A stretch of DNA of 64,000 nucleotides from Syntrophorhabdaceae bacterium (GTDB taxonomy: Bacteria; Desulfobacterota; Syntrophorhabdia; Syntrophorhabdales; Syntrophorhabdaceae): positions 4,832,001 through 4,896,000 of the forward strand of contig OY762209.1 in the NCBI GenBank assembly GCA_963665295.1, read 5' to 3'. The notes beneath the pieces are model-generated. The model was not told the DNA's origin. It searched no databases and saw only the letters and a list, made by a program, of their open reading frames with translations. This document shows positions 57,975 to 64,000 of the stretch, piece after piece. Position numbers and translations under genes: made by a program. Each line of letters opens with the position of its first letter. The stretch's first letter is position 1.

Positions 57975-58529
57975 GTGAAGAAGTTGATCGTGGGAATAAC
58001 CGGGTCCTCGGGGGCGATCTACGGCATCAGGCTCCTCGAAGTGCTGCGGCGGCCGGACGTGGAGACCCACCTCATTATTTCGGAAGCAGGCAGGAAGAAT
58101 ATCGTCATCGAAACCCATTATACGGTCGAAGAGGTGGAGAAACTTGCAGGCAAGGTGTACGGCCCCGGCCAACTGGAGGCTCCCATATCGAGCGGTTCCT
58201 TCATGACCGACGGCATGGTCATTGCCCCCTGCACAATAAAGACCCTTTCGGCGGTAGCCCATTCCTACAATGACAACCTCATTGTGAGGGCCGCGGACGT
58301 GTGTCTGAAGGAGAGGCGGGACCTTGTACTCGTGGTCCGCGAAACCCCCCTCCACAAAGGTCACCTCGACCTGATGAGCCGCGTCGCCGACCTCGGAGGG
58401 ATTATCCTCCCCCCCGTTCCCGCATTCTATTATGCGCCGAAGACCATCGAAGAACTTATCGACCATACGGTAGGGAAGATCCTGGACCTTCTCCATATAG
58501 ACCATTGGCTTTTCAAAAGATGGGAATAA
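57975..58529 (+). CDS. ubiX: Flavin prenyltransferase
   Basis: GITGSSG, ISSGS, RAADVCLKERR, RETP and PAFY motifs; start GTG 57975 (ATG 57942 possible). Confidence 0.93.
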   Translation: MKKLIVGITGSSGAIYGIRLLEVLRRPDVETHLIISEAGRKNIVIETHYTVEEVEKLAGKVYGPGQLEAPISSGSFMTDGMVIAPCTIKTLSAVAHSYNDNLIVRAADVCLKERRDLVLVVRETPLHKGHLDLMSRVADLGGIILPPVPAFYYAPKTIEELIDHTVGKILDLLHIDHWLFKRWE

Positions 58530-58637
58530 CCCGGAAGGTGCCCGACCGGCGACAAGGCCGGAAGGGTTGAGGCTACGGCGAAGTTTGCGTTGAATATGGA
58601 ATAATACCTGTGTGATACTAAAGGAGAGACTGAACCT

Positions 58638-59261
58638 ATGGGCCTTTTAAAACTTTTATTCAGCGACCCCCTGACCTTTGTGCTCGTGGCAATACCCTTG
58701 CTCTATTCCATCATCCTCCACGAACTTGCCCACGGGTGGGTTGCAAGCAAGATGGGCGATCCCACCGCGAAGTGGCTCGGCAGGCTCACGCTCAATCCCA
58801 TAAACCACCTTGACCCCATCGGAACGGCCATGCTTTTCATCTTCGGCTTCGGCTGGGCCAAGCCGGTGCCCGTCAATTTCAACAACCTCCATCCCTTTCG
58901 CAGGGGACTGATCTTCGTCGCCTCCGCCGGAATCGTGACGAACATTCTGCTTGCCTTTATCGCCTTATTTCTTCTGCGTTATCTGACGCTGAGCAGTGTC
59001 GACGCGATCCACACCCTTCTCTATTATATGGCGCAGATAAATGTGATGCTCGCCGCTTTCAACCTGATCCCGATCCCCCCTCTCGACGGGTCCAAGATCC
59101 TCATGGGGTTCGCGTCGAGAAAGCTCCAGTACTCAATGTCCCGGCTCGAACCGTACGGTTTCTTTATAATCCTCGGCGCCCTCTACCTCGGCGTCCTGAA
59201 CCCGCTTATCCGCTTCATCGAATGGCTGATCCTGTCGTTCATAAGCGTATTGATGCCCTGA
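58638..59261 (+). CDS. Site-2 protease (M50) family membrane metalloprotease
   Basis: HELAH, GWAKPVPVN and FNLIPIPPLDG motifs. Confidence 0.92.
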   Translation: MGLLKLLFSDPLTFVLVAIPLLYSIILHELAHGWVASKMGDPTAKWLGRLTLNPINHLDPIGTAMLFIFGFGWAKPVPVNFNNLHPFRRGLIFVASAGIVTNILLAFIALFLLRYLTLSSVDAIHTLLYYMAQINVMLAAFNLIPIPPLDGSKILMGFASRKLQYSMSRLEPYGFFIILGALYLGVLNPLIRFIEWLILSFISVLMP

Positions 59262-59288
59262 GACGCACGATTCTCGATCCGGAACCGT

Positions 59289-60245
59289 TCATCCCGACGG
59301 GAAGGTATATTTCGTCCCCGCAGTACTGAGGATAAACCGGTCCTTCATCTCGCGGGCGATAAGGGCGGTCGCCTCAAATCCGGTGCAGTGGGTGGGGATC
59401 ACGTAGTCCGGGTTCATCTCCGCCATGTCCCGCACGGTCCGCTCAATTACACGGGAATCCGCATTGACAAGGTGGAACCCGCCTATCAGGGCATGAACCT
59501 TTTCAACACCTGTGATCTTCCGGGCGTGCGTCACGGTGTTCATGATGCCCGCATGGGCGCACCCGGAGATGACCACCAGCCCCTTGCCCTTCACAATACA
59601 GACAAGTGCCTGCTCTCCCGTGAAAGGGTCCGCTTCCAGCCCGTGCCCCCTCTCAATCAGGAGACTCGCGGCGCACTTCTCGTACTCCGTAACCCTTTCG
59701 ATATTCCCTGTCATGGCGAGGCCTTCCATCACCCTGGCAGGCTCCCGGATTTCGATTACCCTTACCGCATCGAGGGCCTCTATCTCCTCCCTGCTCAACT
59801 GTCCGATATCATGGGGTTCCGGATCCTGAGGATACATCACGAACCGGCGCGCGAAGGCCTCACCGCCCACGTACAGAGGAGTCCCCCTGCGTATTCCCGG
59901 GCGGAAATATTTCAGCAAGTCCGTGAGCCCGCCCCAGTGGTCGAAGTGGCCGTGGCTCAATCCGAACGCGGTGACCGTGGCCGGGTCCAGGCCAAGAAAC
60001 TCCAGGTTTCCCCTTATCCCCTGAAAATCCAGCCCGTAATCGAACATAAAGGAGTGGGACTTGCCGTCGATAACAGTCTCGATGAAGAAGGCCAACCCGT
60101 GCTCCGCATGGATGGACAATCCCGGCGCGACGCGGGCCCTTTGTGCGACCGCCGTGTCGGGACGCAGGGTATCATAATAATTATCGGTAATTACCGTAAC
60201 CATCAGGGCGTCCACGCCCTCATATGCTCCTTTATCCATATCCAC
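59289..60245 (-). CDS. MBL-fold metallo-hydrolase
   Basis: AEHGL, SHGHFDHWGG, GCAHAG, GGFHL and HCTG motifs. Confidence 0.9.
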   Translation of the reverse strand: MDMDKGAYEGVDALMVTVITDNYYDTLRPDTAVAQRARVAPGLSIHAEHGLAFFIETVIDGKSHSFMFDYGLDFQGIRGNLEFLGLDPATVTAFGLSHGHFDHWGGLTDLLKYFRPGIRRGTPLYVGGEAFARRFVMYPQDPEPHDIGQLSREEIEALDAVRVIEIREPARVMEGLAMTGNIERVTEYEKCAASLLIERGHGLEADPFTGEQALVCIVKGKGLVVISGCAHAGIMNTVTHARKITGVEKVHALIGGFHLVNADSRVIERTVRDMAEMNPDYVIPTHCTGFEATALIAREMKDRFILSTAGTKYTFPSG

Positions 60246-60369
60246 ACCCCCTTTGCCGGTTTATTCACGCAATTATATGCCCAGCCCCGTCCCATTGCAA
60301 CAGGGAGATCGAAACGGACGCCTCAAAAAATGCTTGATTCCGGAAGGCCGACCTGCTCTAATTAGAGAA

Positions 60370-60813
60370 ATGGGTATTCTGAAAGAAATGCTCCTATCAA
60401 AAAAGTACCTTGTCAATATCATCCTTGCCGTCCTGGCGATAGGGACCATGGTCTTTTATATGGTGTGCGCGGGGTCATGCTCGTATCTTAAAGGAGAGAT
60501 CCTGGGCCTCGATCTCAAGTACGTGGGCATCATATTCATGGCAGCGGTCATCGTGGCGAGCATCATGAAGAAGGACCTCGCCCTTCTCATCTTTCTTTCC
60601 GCAGGTATAGGAGTGGAGATGTTCCTCGTAGCCTTCCAGGTAAGAAACGATGTGTACTGCCCCTTCTGCCTCTCTTTCGGCGCCATACTCATCATTATGT
60701 TCGTCCTCAACATGGACCTCCGCAGGAAGTGGGTAGCCATCCTCTTCATAGCCCTGGGACTGGCCTCCTTTCTCCTCCTCTTCCAAGGCTCCGTAACCCC
60801 CACGTACTCGTAG
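60370..60813 (+). CDS. Four-TM membrane protein with CxxxC and CxxC (VKOR-like)
   Basis: CAGSC after TM1 and YCPFC at the start of a TM helix. Confidence 0.6.
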   Translation: MGILKEMLLSKKYLVNIILAVLAIGTMVFYMVCAGSCSYLKGEILGLDLKYVGIIFMAAVIVASIMKKDLALLIFLSAGIGVEMFLVAFQVRNDVYCPFCLSFGAILIIMFVLNMDLRRKWVAILFIALGLASFLLLFQGSVTPTYS

Positions 60814-61038
60814 TTGCTCTACCTTTAGCAAAACCAGGAGACGAAAAGTCCCTATGCAACGCCCTGCCACGATCCACTCAGCCCGGCAACGATTAAATTC
60901 AAGTTTAATTGATTTGAAAAGGGGTGGGTCCGATGACCTGAAAAGTCACAGTAAGTGCTGACAATCTATAATCTGACAATGGGGTGGGCTGTTCGGAGAG
61001 ATGCAAGATTAAGCATAGACTAATTCATCAAAACCAAA

Positions 61039-61347
61039 TCACGGGTTTCTGTCGGCTTGACACTCAATATGCTCTTGGTACTTCTTCAGCAAGAGATGCG
61101 CGTACTCTCTCCGGACAGATTCAGACGAGGGAACATAATTCTTTTTAGCTTCCAGTCTTTTAATAATCTCTTCGGTGGTCTCCTTATTCGGCTGTCTGCC
61201 CTCAAAGAAAAGTTCGGTCAGTATTTCCGTCAAACCAGTAACGACAACCTGTATGCCGTCAGCAAACTTTAGCGAGCGTCGACTGACTGTCTGCGCGTCC
61301 GGATCGCAGACACAATGGAGGGTGCCGGTTACATTATATATTGACAT
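61039..61347 (-). CDS. Small Cys-containing hypothetical protein (paralog of 44136-44492)
   Basis: AGGAG RBS; DG..V..GL.EI..E, ET..EII.RL..KNYVP. Confidence 0.65.
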   Translation of the reverse strand: MSIYNVTGTLHCVCDPDAQTVSRRSLKFADGIQVVVTGLTEILTELFFEGRQPNKETTEEIIKRLEAKKNYVPSSESVRREYAHLLLKKYQEHIECQADRNP

Positions 61348-61519
61348 ACTGCAATCTCCTTAATTGTTTCATTCAGTACACCAATCATTCGACAAGACGA
61401 CCAGCCGCAATGACAGGGAGGTATAATATCCTGGGGAAATCCTCAATCCCATTGAAAAGGAAGTGGGTGGTAATCAAGGTCTTCAATACGCTTGAGGTCT
61501 CCGAACGACGGGGCATGCA

Positions 61520-61708
61520 AGACGTTGGGACAGAGTCAGGCAGACAGGACCGGGTTTCGCAGACGGCGTCGTAGAGCACGCCGTCCGGAAAGCTTCGTAA
61601 TGCCATGTCCACCATGAAGCCCCCGATGGCCACACCGGGAGCTTCGTCACCATGGTAGTTCTTGACAGTCTTTATGTGGCCTTCAAGCGTGGAGCACCAA
61701 ATACTCAT
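61520..61708 (-). pseudogene. fmdE: Truncated FmdE-family gene remnant
   Basis: HG..APGVAIGGFMV.MA....DAVCET..CLPD matches the FmdE N-terminus; similarity is lost immediately afterwards. Confidence 0.65.
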
Positions 61709-61739
61709 ATGTATATTCCATAATCTCCTGCAAAGGTTT

Positions 61740-64000
61740 CTATACCCTTTCCAGGTTTACCGCACATGCCTTGAATTCAGGCGTTCTTGTCACAGTGTCG
61801 TAGGCATTATTGGTGAGCCAGTTGCAATTGCCTTCGCGGTAATGGAAGGTCATCCAGACCATGCCCTTTGGAACCGTATCGGTAACCCGGGCCGGAACGG
61901 TCACCTTTCCGCGCCTGGATTCCACGACAACCATGTCTCCATCTTCTATTCCCTTTTCCGTTGCGTCCGCGATGGAAATATCGGCGGTTTCCCGGCTGTA
62001 TATGAAATCCATGCCGCTTCGTCCGGTCTGTGTTCGCGTGTGGTACTGAGAAAGCCTTCTGCCGGTGCTCAAAACAAAGGGATAATCTTTGTCCGTCACT
62101 TCCTCCGGGGGAGTCCACTTGATGCCTTTGAGGATCCCCTTTCCATGGGTGAATTTCCCGTCCCGATGAACAATAGGCGTACCGGGATGATCAAGAGTGG
62201 GGCATGGCCATTGCAGCCCGTCATTCTCAATCCGGGAAAATTTTATGCCGGCGAACACGGGGCACAGCACAGCCAATTCATTGTCACAAATTTCCCGGCC
62301 GCTCCCTGACCCCCAATCATGCCCCATTTTCCTTGCGAGTTCTTTGAATATCCACCAGTTTGGTTTTGCAAGACCAGGAGGGCTTTTGATTGCCCTCACC
62401 ATGCTTACGCGCCTTTCCAGGCTTGTAAATGTTCCTTCATCTTCACACCACGACGCGGAAGGTAGAATCACATGGGCGAACCTGGTTGTTTCGTTTGGAA
62501 AAATATCCTGAACAACTAAGAACTCGGCGGAACTCAGGCACTTTTCAGCGTGGGCGATATTTGGCTCGGCATTCGCCAGATTTTCCCCGAACACCCACAG
62601 TCCCCGTACCTTTTTGTCAAGCAAAGCCTCCATCATGGCAGGTATCACCAACCCCGGTTTATCTGGAAGACCTTTAACTCCCCACGCCTTCATGAATTTT
62701 TCTCTATTCTCGGGTACGGTCACGCTCTGATAGCCGGGGAAAACAACCGGTAACGCGCCCATGTCGCACGCGCCCTGCACGTTGTTCTGTCCGCGAAGCG
62801 GGTTTACGCCGCCGAATTCAACCCCCATGTTTCCAAGCAACATCTGGAGGTTGGCGCAACTCATGACGTTGTTCGTGCCGCAGGAATGCTCCGTTATTCC
62901 CAACGTATAAATCAGCATCGACGGCTTGGTGGCAGCCATTTCCCGCGCAATTTCCACTATTTTGGCAGCAGGCACCCCGCATATTCCGGCTGCTTCTTCA
63001 GGCGGATATTCCATTACTGTCTTTTTGAGATCTTCGAACCCGGTGCAGCAGTCGGCAACGAACTTCTTGTCGTATAAATCCTCATTGATCAGGACATTCA
63101 TGAGGCCGTTCAAGAAAGCCACGTCCGAGCCGACCTTGATCTGTGCGAATATGTCGGAAAGTTGGGCCAGTTCGGTCTTTCTCGGGTCCGCGACAATCAA
63201 TTTTGCGCCATTCATTTTTGCTTGTTTTACGTAATAGGAGGCCACGGGATGAGCCTCCGTCATGTTCGTTCCGATGCAGAACAGCATCTTTGCATTTTTA
63301 TACTCCACGATGGAGTTGGTGCCCGCCCCCGACCCGAATGACGCGGCAAGGCCGGCTACCGTCGGCGCATGGCAGACCCGGGCACAATGGTCGATATTGT
63401 TTGTGTGAAAAACAGCCCTGAACAGTTTTTGCATGTTGTAAGAATCTTCGTTAATACTGCGTGCGCAACTGATACCGGCTACGGCGTCCGGACCGGATTC
63501 CTTTATTATCTCTTTAAATTTGGTGGCTATCAGTTCAAGTGCTTCGTCCCAACTCGCTTCACGAAACCCGTCAGCCTCCCTTATCAGCGGGGTGGTGAGT
63601 CTATCTTTCGAGTAAATGAAATCATAGGCGAAGCGGCCTTTCACGCACAAACGACCCTGATTTGGCAGACCGTCTTCGACTCCTGTAATTCTGACTATCT
63701 GCTCGCCCTTGACATGAAGGTTGAGCTGGCACCCTACGCCGCAATATGGGCAGGTGGTGCGGACCTTCCTGACTTCCCAGGAGCGCCCCAGGCCTTTGGA
63801 TTTCTTTTCCGTGAGCGCCCCGACCGGACAGACCTGGACGCACATGCCGCAGAAAACACAATTGCTGTCCTGCAGAGTGCCGTCAAAAGCGGTCGTTACT
63901 TTCGTGTCAAATCCACGATAGCTATTCCTGATGGCTTGAATCCCCGTGAGTTCATGGCAAGCCCGGGTGCATCTCTGGCATAGGATGCATTTGTTGTAAT
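61740..64000 (-). CDS. fdhF: Formate dehydrogenase alpha subunit (Mo/W-bisPGD), 5' partial
   Basis: Frame open to the window edge with CILCQRC and CVFCGMC ferredoxin motifs, TCPYCGVGC, CARVCH, LRGQNNVQG and TPEFK. Confidence 0.93.
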   Translation of the reverse strand, partial: YNKCILCQRCTRACHELTGIQAIRNSYRGFDTKVTTAFDGTLQDSNCVFCGMCVQVCPVGALTEKKSKGLGRSWEVRKVRTTCPYCGVGCQLNLHVKGEQIVRITGVEDGLPNQGRLCVKGRFAYDFIYSKDRLTTPLIREADGFREASWDEALELIATKFKEIIKESGPDAVAGISCARSINEDSYNMQKLFRAVFHTNNIDHCARVCHAPTVAGLAASFGSGAGTNSIVEYKNAKMLFCIGTNMTEAHPVASYYVKQAKMNGAKLIVADPRKTELAQLSDIFAQIKVGSDVAFLNGLMNVLINEDLYDKKFVADCCTGFEDLKKTVMEYPPEEAAGICGVPAAKIVEIAREMAATKPSMLIYTLGITEHSCGTNNVMSCANLQMLLGNMGVEFGGVNPLRGQNNVQGACDMGALPVVFPGYQSVTVPENREKFMKAWGVKGLPDKPGLVIPAMMEALLDKKVRGLWVFGENLANAEPNIAHAEKCLSSAEFLVVQDIFPNETTRFAHVILPSASWCEDEGTFTSLERRVSMVRAIKSPPGLAKPNWWIFKELARKMGHDWGSGSGREICDNELAVLCPVFAGIKFSRIENDGLQWPCPTLDHPGTPIVHRDGKFTHGKGILKGIKWTPPEEVTDKDYPFVLSTGRRLSQYHTRTQTGRSGMDFIYSRETADISIADATEKGIEDGDMVVVESRRGKVTVPARVTDTVPKGMVWMTFHYREGNCNWLTNNAYDTVTRTPEFKACAVNLERV

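Overview
GC-rich bacterial chromosomal window. The gene content (multiple TRAP transporters, acyl-CoA ligases, type III glutamine synthetase, folate-independent methionine synthase, formate dehydrogenase) suggests an anaerobic deltaproteobacterial/Desulfobacterota-type syntroph; this is inference. From left to right: (1) a TetR-controlled acid catabolism operon (CoA ligase, SDR, thiolase, TRAP); (2) a nitrogen island with glnN and two tandem amtB-glnK operons whose leaders carry ANTAR-type hairpins and terminators; (3) a mesB-like/nadK/recN/argA/pmbA operon running into glycosyltransferases; (4) a surface-glycan modification locus with a NodU/CmcH carbamoyltransferase, three SGNH-like proteins, an SxtJ-like membrane protein and a 49-aa peptide ending in FIYTLF; (5) a two-TetR/MeaB/B12 acyl-CoA mutase/MmgE-PrpD/CoA ligase/TRAP operon whose mutase active site is heavily remodelled; (6) a WYL regulator with a divergent unannotated acidic mini-protein; (7) an ABC importer operon with menA, an intact IS, Cache/TPR/DUF1566 genes, ubiD-ubiA/ubiX, an fmdE remnant and a partial FDH alpha subunit. 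Best candidates for undescribed systems: a putative MBOAT-independent carbamoyl-shuttle pathway, and a B12 mutase pathway for an unknown carboxylate. All calls come from reading motifs; no database searches were run.
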